Source: Minisyncoccota bacterium (lineage in GTDB: Bacteria; Patescibacteriota; Minisyncoccia; UBA6257; 2-01-FULL-56-20). Taken from it: a DNA stretch of 64,000 nt. Under the pieces are notes generated by a model. It saw only the letters and a program-made list of their open reading frames with translations. It did not search any database and was not told the DNA's origin. Both the position numbers and the translations under genes were made by a program. Below are positions 18,388 through 29,016 of the stretch, in pieces; position 1 is the first letter of the stretch, and each line of letters begins with the position of its first letter. The DNA lies in contig DATKNI010000021.1 of assembly GCA_035541415.1 (NCBI GenBank), positions 708 to 64,707 on the forward strand. Direction: 5' to 3'.

Positions 18388-20913
18388 ATGCCAGCACACG
18401 ACAAAATCATCATCAAGGGCGCCCGCGAGCACAATCTGAAAAATATCAATCTTGAGATCCCGCGCGACAAAATGGTTGTTTTTACGGGGCTTTCCGGCTC
18501 CGGAAAATCGAGCCTCGCATTCGACACCATTTTCGCCGAAGGCCAGCGCCGCTACATCGAATCATTGTCCGCCTACGCCCGGCAGTTTTTAGGCCGCCTC
18601 GATAAACCCGACGTAGACGACATCGAAGGATTGTCGCCGGCGATTTCGATCGACCAGAAGAGCCACTCTTCGAATCCGCGCTCGACCGTTGCGACGATCA
18701 CCGAAATCTACGATTACCTCCGCGTGCTTTTTGCGCGCGCCGGAAAACCGTTCTGTCCGACCTGCGGCCGTGAAATCCAAAAGCTCACAAATGAAGAGAT
18801 CGTTGATATTGCGATCGACATCGCAAAAGATAATAAAGACAAAAAGAATTTGGTGATCTTGGCTCCGGTCGTCCGCGGGCGCAAAGGGGAATACTACCAG
18901 ATGCTCTACGATTTCTTGAATGCAGGATTTTCCGAAGTGCGCGTAGACGGCAAATATTATTCGCTCCGCGAGCGCGTGGAGCTCAGCCGCTACAAGACGC
19001 ACAACATCGACCTCGTGGTCGACCGCATTCCGGCCGGCATGAACTTCAAAGAAAAAGACAACCGCTTGCGCCTCGCGGAAGCCATCGAGCATGCGCTCAA
19101 ATACGGCAATGACGTGGTGACGGTGATCACCGACAAAGAAGTTTCGCTTTCGGCAAAGTTTACGTGCCCGCACGACGGGTTCTCGTTCCCGGAAATCGAA
19201 CCGCGCCTTTTTTCATTCAACAGTCCGTACGGCGCCTGCCCCGAGTGCCACGGCTTGGGCACGAAAGATTTGTGGTCGGAAGAAATCTGCCCGGTGTGCC
19301 TGGGCAAGCGTTTGCGCGTGGAAAGCTTGAACGTCTTGATCGACGGCAAGAACATCAATTCCGTCGTTGCGTTTTCGATCGAAAACGCTTTTACGTTTTT
19401 TGAGACGATGAAGTTCAAGAGCGCCTCGATGGCCGAAGTCGCCGAAGCTCCGCTCCGCGAAATCAAATCGCGCCTGAAGTTCATGATGGACGTCGGTTTG
19501 GAATATCTGACGCTCGACCGCAAAGCAGGCACGCTCTCCGGCGGCGAAGCCCAGCGCATCCGGCTGGCATCGCAGATCGGCTCGCGCCTCGTGGGAACGC
19601 TCTACATTCTCGATGAGCCGACGATCGGCCTCCATCAGCGCGACAATGCCAAGCTCATCAAAACGCTCCAAGACTTGCGCGATTTGGGCAATACGATCGT
19701 CGTCGTTGAGCACGACGAAGACACAATCCGCGCGGCGGATTATCTTGTGGACATCGGCCCGGCGGCCGGCGTGCATGGCGGGCATGTGGTGGCAAAAGGC
19801 CCGATTCCGGAAATATTAAAAGATTCTAAACAGAATTCGCTCACCTTGCAGTATCTTCGCGGCAAGCAGTTTATCGCCGTTCCCGACGAGCGCCGGAATG
19901 TGGATCCCAAGAAGCACGAATCGCTCAAGATTCGCGGCGCTCACGCGAACAACCTCAAGAACATCGACGTCGACATCCCGCTTCGCCGGCTTACCGCCGT
20001 GACGGGCGTTTCGGGTTCCGGAAAATCGAGCCTCGTGTACGACGTGCTCTACAAGCAGGTTGCCGACAAGCTGAACCATGCCAACTATAAAGCTGGCGGC
20101 GTAAAGCAGATTCTTGGCATGGAATATATTAATCGCATCATCAACATCGACCAGTCGGCAATCGGCCGCACGCCGCGTTCGAATCCGGCGACGTACGTCG
20201 GCGCGTGGACGCACATCCGTGACCTCTTTGCCTCGACCGAAGATGCCCGCGTGCGCGGCTACAAGCCGGGACGCTTCAGCTTTAACGTTCCCGGAGGCCG
20301 GTGCGAAAACTGCGAGGGCCACGGCACGATCGCCATCGAAATGCACTTCTTGCCGACGGTGTACGTGACCTGCGACATCTGCAAGGGAAAGCGCTTCGAC
20401 CGCGAAACGCTCGAAGTGGAATATAAAGGAAAAAATATTTATGACATTTTGCGGATGACGATCGAGGAAGCCGTGAAGTTTTTTGAGGACATCCCATGGC
20501 TCCATGAAAAGTTAACCATTTTGGAGGAGGTCGGTTTGGGATATCTCGAGCTTGGACAATCGGCGACGACTTTGAGCGGCGGCGAAGCCCAGCGCATCAA
20601 GCTTTCCGCCGAACTCGGAAAACGCGACACGCGCCGTACGTTGTATCTTCTCGATGAGCCGACCACCGGCTTGCATTTTGCGGATGTCGACCAGCTCATC
20701 AAAGTTTTGCAGCGCCTCGTTGATCGCGGCAATACGATCGTCGTCATTGAACATAATCTTGACGTCATCAAGACCGCCGACTGGATCATTGACCTCGGCC
20801 CGGAAGGCGGCGAGCGCGGCGGCAGGGTGATCGTGGCGGGGACGCCCGAACAGGTCGCCCGCAAAGCAGGCAGCTTTACCGGGCAATATCTGAGGAAGGT
20901 GCTGCAGCGCTAG
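18388..20913 (+). CDS. uvrA: Excinuclease ABC subunit A
   Basis: [31 protein letters not shown], two LSGGEAQR signatures, zinc fingers; start at MPAHDKII. Confidence 0.98.
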   Translation: MPAHDKIIIKGAREHNLKNINLEIPRDKMVVFTGLSGSGKSSLAFDTIFAEGQRRYIESLSAYARQFLGRLDKPDVDDIEGLSPAISIDQKSHSSNPRSTVATITEIYDYLRVLFARAGKPFCPTCGREIQKLTNEEIVDIAIDIAKDNKDKKNLVILAPVVRGRKGEYYQMLYDFLNAGFSEVRVDGKYYSLRERVELSRYKTHNIDLVVDRIPAGMNFKEKDNRLRLAEAIEHALKYGNDVVTVITDKEVSLSAKFTCPHDGFSFPEIEPRLFSFNSPYGACPECHGLGTKDLWSEEICPVCLGKRLRVESLNVLIDGKNINSVVAFSIENAFTFFETMKFKSASMAEVAEAPLREIKSRLKFMMDVGLEYLTLDRKAGTLSGGEAQRIRLASQIGSRLVGTLYILDEPTIGLHQRDNAKLIKTLQDLRDLGNTIVVVEHDEDTIRAADYLVDIGPAAGVHGGHVVAKGPIPEILKDSKQNSLTLQYLRGKQFIAVPDERRNVDPKKHESLKIRGAHANNLKNIDVDIPLRRLTAVTGVSGSGKSSLVYDVLYKQVADKLNHANYKAGGVKQILGMEYINRIINIDQSAIGRTPRSNPATYVGAWTHIRDLFASTEDARVRGYKPGRFSFNVPGGRCENCEGHGTIAIEMHFLPTVYVTCDICKGKRFDRETLEVEYKGKNIYDILRMTIEEAVKFFEDIPWLHEKLTILEEVGLGYLELGQSATTLSGGEAQRIKLSAELGKRDTRRTLYLLDEPTTGLHFADVDQLIKVLQRLVDRGNTIVVIEHNLDVIKTADWIIDLGPEGGERGGRVIVAGTPEQVARKAGSFTGQYLRKVLQR

Positions 20914-20940
20914 CGGCGGCGATTGGCATATAATAGATAC

Positions 20941-21222
20941 ATGCCCCATATCATCGACAATAAAATTTACCATGACGGTCGTGAGATCGCCTGGATCGAC
21001 GGCAAGCAGATAAAGACCGATTCGGGCAACCAGGTGCTCGGCTATATCGGCACGGAGCACGTGTACGACGCCAAGAATAACCGGATTGCCTACATCGAGA
21101 ACGACGCCCTCCATTTTGAAAACGGCGAGCCGAGCGTGTCGCTCGAAAAAGTTAACCAGGAGATCCAGGGCACGTATCCGCTCAACGTGAAGTGCGCCGT
21201 GTACGTGCTCGTCGAGTACTGA
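20941..21222 (+). CDS. Small beta-rich hypothetical protein
   Basis: Repeated IY.DG..IAWI / VLGYI / VYD...RIAYI hairpins; stop overlaps the uvrC ATG. Confidence 0.7.
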   Translation: MPHIIDNKIYHDGREIAWIDGKQIKTDSGNQVLGYIGTEHVYDAKNNRIAYIENDALHFENGEPSVSLEKVNQEIQGTYPLNVKCAVYVLVEY

Positions 21223-22490
21223 TGTTAAAAAAAGATTATAAAAAACTTCCCGATACGCCCGGCGTCTACATCATGAAAAACGCCGCGGGCGAGATTCTTT
21301 ACGTCGGCAAAGCGGGGAACCTGCGCCGGCGCGTTTCGAGTTATTTCGAACGCCCGCACGATGTCCGCATCGAACGGCTCGTCTCGCGCATCGTGAGCAT
21401 CGACTTCAAGCAGACGGATACGGCGCTCGAGGCACTCATCTTGGAAGCCGAGCTCATCAAAAAACACGCGCCGCCGTTCAACGTGCGCGAGAAGGACGAT
21501 AAGAGCTTTTTGTACGTCGAGATCACCAAAGAAAAATTCCCGCGCGTTCTTTTAGTGCGCGGACAGGATCCCGCGGCGGGGAAGCGGTACGGTCCGTTCA
21601 CGTCGGCGTCGAGCGCCCGCGAAGCGCTCCGGATCCTTCGCCGCATTTTCCCGTGGAATTCGCATGATCCCGAAGACATCGGCAGGCTCAAGCGCCCGTG
21701 CTTCAATTTTGAAATCGGCTTGTGTCCCGGAACCTGCGTGGGAGCCGTGACGCGCGAGGAATATCAAAAAACGATCGACCGCCTCAAATTATTTTTTGAC
21801 GGAAAAAAGAAAAAAGTATTGCAGTCGTTCGAAAAAGACATGCGCGCGGCAAGCAAGGCGCTCGACTTCGAGAAAGCGGAAAAACTGCGGCGCCAGATGT
21901 TCGCCTTGCGGCACATCCGCGAGACTGCGCTCATTGCGAGCGGTGATTCGCTGCCGATCGATCCGGAGGCGGAATCGCCGCACGGCGGCGCGGATGGCGA
22001 GGCGTACCGCATCGAGGGGTATGACATCTCGAATATTTCAGGCACGGACGCCGTTGGCTCCATGGTCGTATTTGAAGACGGCGAACCGAACAAGAACGAA
22101 TACCGCAAATTTAAGATTAAAAGCATTTTCCAGCCGAACGACGTCGGCATGCTCACGGAAGTTCTCGAACGGCGCTTCCACCGGCACGCGATCGATATAA
22201 AAGGAAAAGAACTTAGCGCCATAAAACGCGACGCGTGGCGGCTGCCGAACCTCATTTTGATCGACGGGGGCGTCGCGCAGGCGAACGCGGCAAAAAAAGT
22301 TTTGCTGCGCGCCGGTTTGCGCATCCCCATTCTCGGCATTGCAAAAGGGCCCGAACGGAAACGCAACGACATTATCGGCGCAATTCCCAAAGGCGTAACG
22401 AAGGAAACGCTCATCCGCGTGCGCAACGAAGCGCATCGCTTTGCGATCGGATATCACAAAGCCCTTCGGGGACGAAGGGCTTTGGGCTGA
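21222..22490 (+). CDS. uvrC: Excinuclease ABC subunit C (no C-terminal HhH)
   Basis: PGVYIM...YVGKA.NLRRRVSSYF GIY-YIG; RIEGYDISN, LILIDGG, RNEAHRFAI. Confidence 0.93.
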   Translation: MLKKDYKKLPDTPGVYIMKNAAGEILYVGKAGNLRRRVSSYFERPHDVRIERLVSRIVSIDFKQTDTALEALILEAELIKKHAPPFNVREKDDKSFLYVEITKEKFPRVLLVRGQDPAAGKRYGPFTSASSAREALRILRRIFPWNSHDPEDIGRLKRPCFNFEIGLCPGTCVGAVTREEYQKTIDRLKLFFDGKKKKVLQSFEKDMRAASKALDFEKAEKLRRQMFALRHIRETALIASGDSLPIDPEAESPHGGADGEAYRIEGYDISNISGTDAVGSMVVFEDGEPNKNEYRKFKIKSIFQPNDVGMLTEVLERRFHRHAIDIKGKELSAIKRDAWRLPNLILIDGGVAQANAAKKVLLRAGLRIPILGIAKGPERKRNDIIGAIPKGVTKETLIRVRNEAHRFAIGYHKALRGRRALG

Positions 22491-22503
22491 CGCACGGACT
22501 TTC

Positions 22504-23061
22504 TTAGTTGGTCACCGTAAACACCGGGCTCACGAGAGGCGGCAGATTATTGCCGTCGAATGATAAGCGGATTTTGTACGTTCCCGGAACGAGTTCTTTC
22601 TTGAGGGGGCTGTAGCGGGAAAGCGCATATTCGCGCGTGTCCCAACTGTAGGAGGTTTGTCCGGTTCCCGTTTCGGAAAGGATTGTGCCGACAAAATTTC
22701 CTTTGGCATCAAGAAGATCGATGACGCCCGTGATGTTGCCGGCTTTGTCCCAGCTGATCGAGTTTGATGCGCCGATTTTCCATTGACCATTTGCGGCCGG
22801 CGCAATGAGATGAATGACGAAGGGGGGATTCCGGCGTACCGTGGTGCCGGTGTGCGAGCCCGACGTGCCGTTCGTTCCGGCGGTGGTCGAGGCCCCGGGC
22901 GTTCCGGTCGCGTTATCGGTCGAAGCGGTCACCGCGGTCGAAGACGACGAGGGATTCGAAGCCGATTTTTTTGCGCCGCCGTAGACGAGGATTATTGCAA
23001 CTGCGACAACGATAATGAGCGCCACGGCAACCGCTTTGCCGGTATTGCTTATTTTGTCCAT
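22504..23061 (-). CDS. Membrane-anchored Ser/Thr-rich protein with a beta-sandwich C-terminal domain
   Basis: N-terminal TM, S/T/G linker, PAANGQWKIG..ISW...YSWD...PGTYKIRL...SPVFTV. Confidence 0.75.
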   Translation of the reverse strand: MDKISNTGKAVAVALIIVVAVAIILVYGGAKKSASNPSSSSTAVTASTDNATGTPGASTTAGTNGTSGSHTGTTVRRNPPFVIHLIAPAANGQWKIGASNSISWDKAGNITGVIDLLDAKGNFVGTILSETGTGQTSYSWDTREYALSRYSPLKKELVPGTYKIRLSFDGNNLPPLVSPVFTVTN

Positions 23062-23076
23062 AATGAAAGTTATACC

Positions 23077-23667
23077 ATGAATGCCCGCTTCCAACAATAT
23101 ATTCTTCCATCGCTCAAAAAAGGGGCGATCGGCGTTTTGCCCACGGATACGATCTATGGCATTGTGGGATCGGCGCTCAACAAAAAAGCCATTGAGCGGA
23201 TTTACCGTTTGCGAAAGCGCAGTCCCAAGAAGCCGGTCATCGTCCTCATCGGCTCATTGCATGATGTTAAAAAATTCGGAGTCGCCCTTTCCCCGGATAT
23301 TAAAAAAACATTAAGCACGGTGTGGCCTAATCAGGTGAGCGTGATTTTGCCCGTCGGCACCGCGTCCGCGCGAAGAAAATTTTCATATCTCCACCGGGGG
23401 ACGAACGCGATCGCGTTCCGCCTGCCAAAGCCGCTCTGGCTGCGGCAGCTGCTCACGGCAAGCGGCCCGCTTGCCGCACCAAGCGCGAATGTTGAAGGCG
23501 AACCGCCGGCAAAGACCATAAAAGAGGCCAAGGGATATTTCGGCGACCGCGTGGATTTCTATGTTGACGCCGGAAAGCGCGTTTCCGAGCCGTCAACGCT
23601 CGTCGGCGTGGAAGGCGGAAAACTGAGCGTTATCCGCACGGGAGCCGTTCGCGTAAAAACCGCGTGA
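23077..23667 (+). CDS. tsaC: L-threonylcarbamoyladenylate synthase (Sua5/YrdC)
   Basis: LPTDTIYGI, KRSPKKPV, AFRLP, APSANVEG, PSTLV, IRTGAV. Confidence 0.92.
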   Translation: MNARFQQYILPSLKKGAIGVLPTDTIYGIVGSALNKKAIERIYRLRKRSPKKPVIVLIGSLHDVKKFGVALSPDIKKTLSTVWPNQVSVILPVGTASARRKFSYLHRGTNAIAFRLPKPLWLRQLLTASGPLAAPSANVEGEPPAKTIKEAKGYFGDRVDFYVDAGKRVSEPSTLVGVEGGKLSVIRTGAVRVKTA

Positions 23668-23679
23668 TATAATTTTTAT

Positions 23680-25359
23680 ATGTTGGCCGACGAGATCAAA
23701 CAATTCTTCCACGGGGAGGTGGCGGAGGATTCCGCTACGATTGAAACATTCAGCCGCGACTATTCGGTTTTTAAGGTAAAGCCGCAGCTCGTGGTTTTTC
23801 CGAAAGACGTTGACGACGTCAAGAACCTGGTGAAGTTCGTTTCAAAAAAGAAGGCCGAAGGCGTGGACATCTCGATCACGGGCCGCTCGGCGGGCACCGA
23901 CATGACGGGCGGGCCGCTCAACCAGGGGATCATCGTTTCATTCACCAAATATTTCAATCATGTAAAGGAGATCCACGAGTCGACGACGAGCGCCGACGAA
24001 GCATATGCCGTCGTCGAACCCGGCGTTTACTTCCGGGATTTTGAAAAGCAGATCACGCCGAAAGGCCTTTTGTATCCCTCATATCCCGCATCAAAGGAAT
24101 TGTGCGCTTTGGGCGGCATCGTAAACAATAATTCCGGCGGCGAGAAGACATTGCGCTATGGCAAAACGGAGGACTACGTCCGCGAGCTTGATGTTGTGTT
24201 GAGCGACGGCAATGAATACACGATCAAGCCGCTCGAGGGCGGCGCGCTCCGGGCCAAACTCAACGAGCCTGGTTTTGAAGGCGACATCTATCGCAAGGTA
24301 TACGACCTCGTCGATAAAAATTACGACGTCATCAAGAAAGCAAAGCCCGACGTCTCAAAAAATTCCGCAGGGTATTATCTCTGGAACGTGTGGGACAAGA
24401 AAGTGTTTGATCTCACGAAGCTCATCGTCGGATCGCAGGGGACGCTCGCGATGCTCGCAAGCGCAAAGCTCGGCTTGGTGCGCCTCAAAAAACATTCGCG
24501 GCTGTGCGTTATTTTCCTCAAAGACCTCGGTCCCGTGGCGGATCTCGTCGTCGAAGTTCTCAAGTTTCATCCCGAGAGCATTGAATCCTATGACGATAAG
24601 ACCATGCAGGTTGCCGTGAAATTCTGGTGGCAGATTCTGAAGTCCATGAAGGGCGGCGTCTTCAAGCTTGGCTGGCAGTTCATTCCGGAAATGTGGATGG
24701 TGGCGACGGGCGGCATGCCAAAAATGATCCTGCTCGTGGAGCTTACGGGCGATGACGAGAAAGAGCTCGTCGCCAAGCTCATGCAGCTTGCGAGCGACGT
24801 GCGTGTTTTTGCAAAAACACATCCGGGCATCCAGGTGAATCCGCTCCACAACGAAGGCGACGAAGAGAAATATTGGACGATCCGCCGCCAGAGCTTTGCC
24901 TTGCTCCACAACAACACCACCGGCAAAGATACCGCGCCCTTCATTGACGACTTTTGCGTGAAGCCGGAGTTCCTGCCGGAGTTCATGCCGAAGCTGAATG
25001 CGATTCTTGATAACTACAAGAAGGACCTCATTTATACGATTACGGGCCATCCTGGCAACGGCAATTTTCACATCATCCCGCTCATGGACCTCAAAGACCC
25101 GCGGGTGCGGCGCTTGATCCCCGAAATTTCAGAAAAAGTTTACCGGCTCGTGTTCCAATATCACGGGACGATCACGGCCGAGCATAATGACGGCCTGATC
25201 CGCACGCCGTATCTCGAAGAGATGTACGGCCCGGAGATCGAAGGGTTCTTTAAGGAGGTAAAAAACATTTTTGACCCGCAAAACATTTTCAACCCCGGGA
25301 AAAAAGTAGGCGGCAACCTCAAATACAGCGTGGATCACATCACGCCGACGCACTGGTAG
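23680..25359 (+). CDS. FAD-linked oxidoreductase (GlcD/D-lactate dehydrogenase-like)
   Basis: RSAGTDMTGG, CALGGIVNNNSGG, GSQGTL, GHPGNGNFHI, TAEHNDG, FDPQNIFNPGK. Confidence 0.9.
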   Translation: MLADEIKQFFHGEVAEDSATIETFSRDYSVFKVKPQLVVFPKDVDDVKNLVKFVSKKKAEGVDISITGRSAGTDMTGGPLNQGIIVSFTKYFNHVKEIHESTTSADEAYAVVEPGVYFRDFEKQITPKGLLYPSYPASKELCALGGIVNNNSGGEKTLRYGKTEDYVRELDVVLSDGNEYTIKPLEGGALRAKLNEPGFEGDIYRKVYDLVDKNYDVIKKAKPDVSKNSAGYYLWNVWDKKVFDLTKLIVGSQGTLAMLASAKLGLVRLKKHSRLCVIFLKDLGPVADLVVEVLKFHPESIESYDDKTMQVAVKFWWQILKSMKGGVFKLGWQFIPEMWMVATGGMPKMILLVELTGDDEKELVAKLMQLASDVRVFAKTHPGIQVNPLHNEGDEEKYWTIRRQSFALLHNNTTGKDTAPFIDDFCVKPEFLPEFMPKLNAILDNYKKDLIYTITGHPGNGNFHIIPLMDLKDPRVRRLIPEISEKVYRLVFQYHGTITAEHNDGLIRTPYLEEMYGPEIEGFFKEVKNIFDPQNIFNPGKKVGGNLKYSVDHITPTHW

Positions 25360-25415
25360 CAGCTTTGATGGCGGAGGCGGGATTTCCGTGGTATCCTGAT
25401 GAAAATTATCCTCCC

Positions 25416-26663
25416 ATGCGCCAGTCAGAGCTTTTCACGCGTACCCAAAAATCAGCCCCAAAGGACGAGGTGGCGCTTAACGCCCAACTTCTCTCGCGAG
25501 GCGGTTTTATTTATAAGAATTCGGCTGGCGTATATTCGTTTTTGCCGCTCGGTTTCCGCGTTTTAGAAAAAATTAAGAATATTATTCGCGAGGAAATGAA
25601 TGCCGTCGGCGGCCAGGAGCTCATCATGGCGGCGCTTCATGACAAGCATTATCTGCAGGCGAGCGGGCGCTGGGACGTCGACGTCGTCTATAAGGTCATC
25701 GACGGAACGGCCAACGACGGCGACAAGGCGAGGGAGCCGTCGTTCAATATCAGTTGGACGCACGAAGAGATCATTGCCGAGATTGCAACCAAATACGTCA
25801 GTTCATACAAAGACCTTCCGTTTGCCGCGTACCAGATTCAGACCAAGTTCCGCCACGAACCGCGCGCAAAATCCGGCTTGCTCCGCGGCCGCGAATTTTT
25901 AATGAAAGATATGTACAGCTTCCACGCGAGCGAGAAGGATTTGATGGAATATTATGATCGCGTCGGCAAGGCGTATAAGAAAGTTTTTGATCGGTGCGGC
26001 CTCAAGGCGCATTACACCCTCGCCGCGGGCGGCGAATTCACGATGAGCAACACGCACGAGTTCCAGGTCATCTCCGACGTGGGGGAAGACGCGATTTATG
26101 TTTGCGAGAAATGCGGCTACGCGGAAAATTCCGAAATTTCCAAACTCAAAAAAGGCGCGAAGTGCCCAACATGCGGCGGCGCAATGCAAGAAGAAAAATC
26201 GATCGAAGTCGGCAACATTTTCCCGCTGGGCACAAAATATTCCAAGGCATTCGGGTTGCAGTTCACCGACGAGAAAGGCAAGAAGCAGGACGTCGTGATG
26301 GGCTCCTACGGCATCGGCGTCACGCGCCTCATGGGCACGATCGTTGAGCTTTTCCACGACGATCATGGTATACTATGGCCGGAGTCGGTGGCTCCATTCA
26401 CGACGCACCTTTTGGCCTTGAATGACGCCGACGCGAGCGATGCGTATGAGGCTTTACGCCGCGAAAACATTGATGTACTCTATGACGATAGAGCGATGTC
26501 TGCGGGCGAAAAGTTCGCGGAGTCGGATCTTATCGGCATCCCGTGGCGCATCGTGGCGAGCCCCAAGCTCGGCCCGGGCGTCCTCGAAGTGAAGCGCCGC
26601 GGCGAAAAGGAGGCGAGAACCTTAAAGCTCGAGGAAGCAGTCCGTTTCGTAAGCTCCCATTAG
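25416..26663 (+). CDS. proS: Proline--tRNA ligase (short form)
   Basis: MRQSELF, QTKFRHEPRAKSGLLRGREFLMKDMYSF, EVGNIFPLGTKYS, MGSYGIGVTR, anticodon-binding domain; CxxC pairs where the editing domain would be. Confidence 0.95.
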   Translation: MRQSELFTRTQKSAPKDEVALNAQLLSRGGFIYKNSAGVYSFLPLGFRVLEKIKNIIREEMNAVGGQELIMAALHDKHYLQASGRWDVDVVYKVIDGTANDGDKAREPSFNISWTHEEIIAEIATKYVSSYKDLPFAAYQIQTKFRHEPRAKSGLLRGREFLMKDMYSFHASEKDLMEYYDRVGKAYKKVFDRCGLKAHYTLAAGGEFTMSNTHEFQVISDVGEDAIYVCEKCGYAENSEISKLKKGAKCPTCGGAMQEEKSIEVGNIFPLGTKYSKAFGLQFTDEKGKKQDVVMGSYGIGVTRLMGTIVELFHDDHGILWPESVAPFTTHLLALNDADASDAYEALRRENIDVLYDDRAMSAGEKFAESDLIGIPWRIVASPKLGPGVLEVKRRGEKEARTLKLEEAVRFVSSH

Positions 26664-26740
26664 GGCTTCCGGCCGGGCAGGCACGAATAATGTTTTCTCC
26701 ACGGTAATAATAATTATTAAGTTTTCATTAAATTTTTCGG

Positions 26741-27784
26741 ATGGCAATCTTCGATTCAATCTTCAAAGATATCGGCATTGACCTCGGAACGGCCAACTCG
26801 CTCATCTATGTAAAAGGGAAAGGAATCCTGGTTAACGAACCTTCGGTTGCGGCAATCAATACCAAAACGAACCATGTGCTTGCGGTCGGCGACGAAGCAA
26901 AGAAAATGCTCGGGCGCGTCCCGCCGCACATCAACGTCGTCCGTCCGCTCGTGAACGGCGTAATTTCCGATTTTGAAATGACGGAAGAAATGCTCCGCCA
27001 TTTGCTCATGCGCCCCAAGGCGAGTCCGGTCGTTTCATACCGCCGGGCGATCCTTGCCATACCGAACAACCTCACGGAAGTCGAGCGCAAATCCGTCGAG
27101 GACGCGGCAATCAATGCCGGCGTCTCCAAGGTGTATCTCGTTGAATCGCCGACCGCAGCGGCGCTCGGCGCCGGCCTCCCAATCGAGCTCCCGTCGGCGA
27201 GCCTCATCATTGACATCGGTGGCGGCACGACGGACATCGCCGTGATCTCCATGGGCGGCACGGTGGTCTCCCGGACGCTCAAAGTTGCCGGCGACCGCTT
27301 TAACGAAGACATCATGCGGTTTGTGCGCGACGAATTCCACCTTGCGATCGGCGAGCCGACGGCAGAATTCGCAAAGATCGCCGTGGGTTCCGCGATGCCG
27401 CTCGACGAGCGCATGGAAGTGCCGATCCGCGGCCGCGACCTTTCGACTGGCTTGCCGCTCGAGATCATCATGAAGAATAACCACGTCCGCATGGCGCTTT
27501 CCAAATCACTCCGCCAGATCATCGATTCGGTTCATGAAGTGATCGAAGAGACGCCGCCGGAACTTGCGGGCGACGTTTTGCGCCAGGGGATCATGCTCTG
27601 CGGAGGCGGAGCGCTCCTGCGCGGCCTCGACGAACTCATCGAGAAGGAAACGAATGTGGCCGTCCATGTGGCCGACGACCCGCTCACGTGCGTGGCGCGC
27701 GGTTTGGGTCAGATCGTGGACAATCTCGAAGAGCATCGCGAGCTGCTCGACAACCCTCTGAAGCCGCTCTCGATCAATTTATAA
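26741..27784 (+). CDS. mreB: Rod shape-determining protein MreB
   Basis: IGIDLGTANS, NEPSVAA, DIGGGTTD, GGGALL. Confidence 0.97.
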   Translation: MAIFDSIFKDIGIDLGTANSLIYVKGKGILVNEPSVAAINTKTNHVLAVGDEAKKMLGRVPPHINVVRPLVNGVISDFEMTEEMLRHLLMRPKASPVVSYRRAILAIPNNLTEVERKSVEDAAINAGVSKVYLVESPTAAALGAGLPIELPSASLIIDIGGGTTDIAVISMGGTVVSRTLKVAGDRFNEDIMRFVRDEFHLAIGEPTAEFAKIAVGSAMPLDERMEVPIRGRDLSTGLPLEIIMKNNHVRMALSKSLRQIIDSVHEVIEETPPELAGDVLRQGIMLCGGGALLRGLDELIEKETNVAVHVADDPLTCVARGLGQIVDNLEEHRELLDNPLKPLSINL

Positions 27785-27800
27785 TTTTTTAACCTTTCCC

Positions 27801-28502
27801 GTGACTCCTCGCAGGTCTCATCGATGGATTCTCGGAATCCTCATTATTTTTCTCGTTGCCGCAATCCTTTTTGCGCCCTCGTACGGTTGGAAGCTCCGGG
27901 ATTTGGTGAGTCCGCGCGAGAATGCGGTTGCCGGCCAGACGGGGCCGAACGCAGACGACCCGAATCTTGTTGCCGAAAACGACGCCCTGAAGGCCCAGCT
28001 CGCGACGTATCAAACGATTTCGGCGGAGCTGCCGAACGATAATTCGCACTACATCCGCGCCATGGTATATTCGCGGTACCCGTTTAATTTCAAAAATCAG
28101 ATTCTCGTGAGCGCCGGCGCGCAGGATGGCGTGTCATCCGGAACGGCAGTGTTGTTCCAGGGAATGCTGCTCGGCCGCATCATCCAAATTTTTCCGCACG
28201 AGGCGATCGTCCAGACCGTGCTCGACAGCGGTTTTGAAATGCCGGTGCGCGTGAGTTCGTCGGGCTACGACGGACTCTTCATGGGGGGAGCGTCTCCCAA
28301 GGTTGGCTCAATTGCAAAAACCGCGGCGCTCCAAACCGGAGACGTGGTGTATGCCGCGGCATCCGGCCTGCCGTACGGATTGCCGCTCGGAACAGTGACG
28401 GCGACCAGCACGTCGGCCGACAGTTTATTTACCGAAGCGGCGATTGGGTTTCCCTACGACATGAATGCGGTCCAAACGGTCCTTATTGCGCAGACTCCAT
28501 GA
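27801..28502 (+). CDS. mreC: Rod shape-determining protein MreC
   Basis: TM helix, ENDALKAQL coil, AG..DGV..G..V beta domain; follows mreB. Confidence 0.85.
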   Translation: MTPRRSHRWILGILIIFLVAAILFAPSYGWKLRDLVSPRENAVAGQTGPNADDPNLVAENDALKAQLATYQTISAELPNDNSHYIRAMVYSRYPFNFKNQILVSAGAQDGVSSGTAVLFQGMLLGRIIQIFPHEAIVQTVLDSGFEMPVRVSSSGYDGLFMGGASPKVGSIAKTAALQTGDVVYAAASGLPYGLPLGTVTATSTSADSLFTEAAIGFPYDMNAVQTVLIAQTP

Positions 28503-28933
28503 TGAGATTCCTTCTGGCATGTCTTTTCCTCGCGCTTGCTTTTGTCTTGCAGTTTTGGTTTGCGTCGATCGGCATTTCCATCAATTTTATTTTTACGGCG
28601 CTCATCGCGTTTGCATTTCTTTTTGATTTCTGGGATGTGCTCTTTTTTATTCTCGCCGCGATCTTCGTCGTGAATTGGCAGCCGGCGATGAGCTGGGAGA
28701 TGTTCATCCTCGCCGCAATCCCGTTTGCGGCGTATCTCCTGCACAACTATTCGACGTGGGAGGCGTGGGTGGCGAACCTCGCTTGCATCGTGATCGGGCT
28801 TCTTATCCTCTATATTGCCATTGCGCCGCGGTTCTTCACGGCGAATCTCGGCGTATTCTTCGTTGACCTTTTTGGATGCCTTATCTTTGGATCCATTGTT
28901 TTCGGCGCGCTCAACCGGCGCGAAGGGCGATAG
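28499..28933 (+). CDS. mreD: MreD-like membrane protein
   Basis: Multi-TM protein between mreC and pbp2; call relies on synteny. Confidence 0.65.
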   Translation: MMRFLLACLFLALAFVLQFWFASIGISINFIFTALIAFAFLFDFWDVLFFILAAIFVVNWQPAMSWEMFILAAIPFAAYLLHNYSTWEAWVANLACIVIGLLILYIAIAPRFFTANLGVFFVDLFGCLIFGSIVFGALNRREGR

Positions 28934-29016
28934 CGGCTGTTCGATCGCCAACCGCCATCACGCGGGACGCCCGCGTTTTTCATAATTTTTTAACGTGGTA
29001 AAATAGGCGTACCAGC

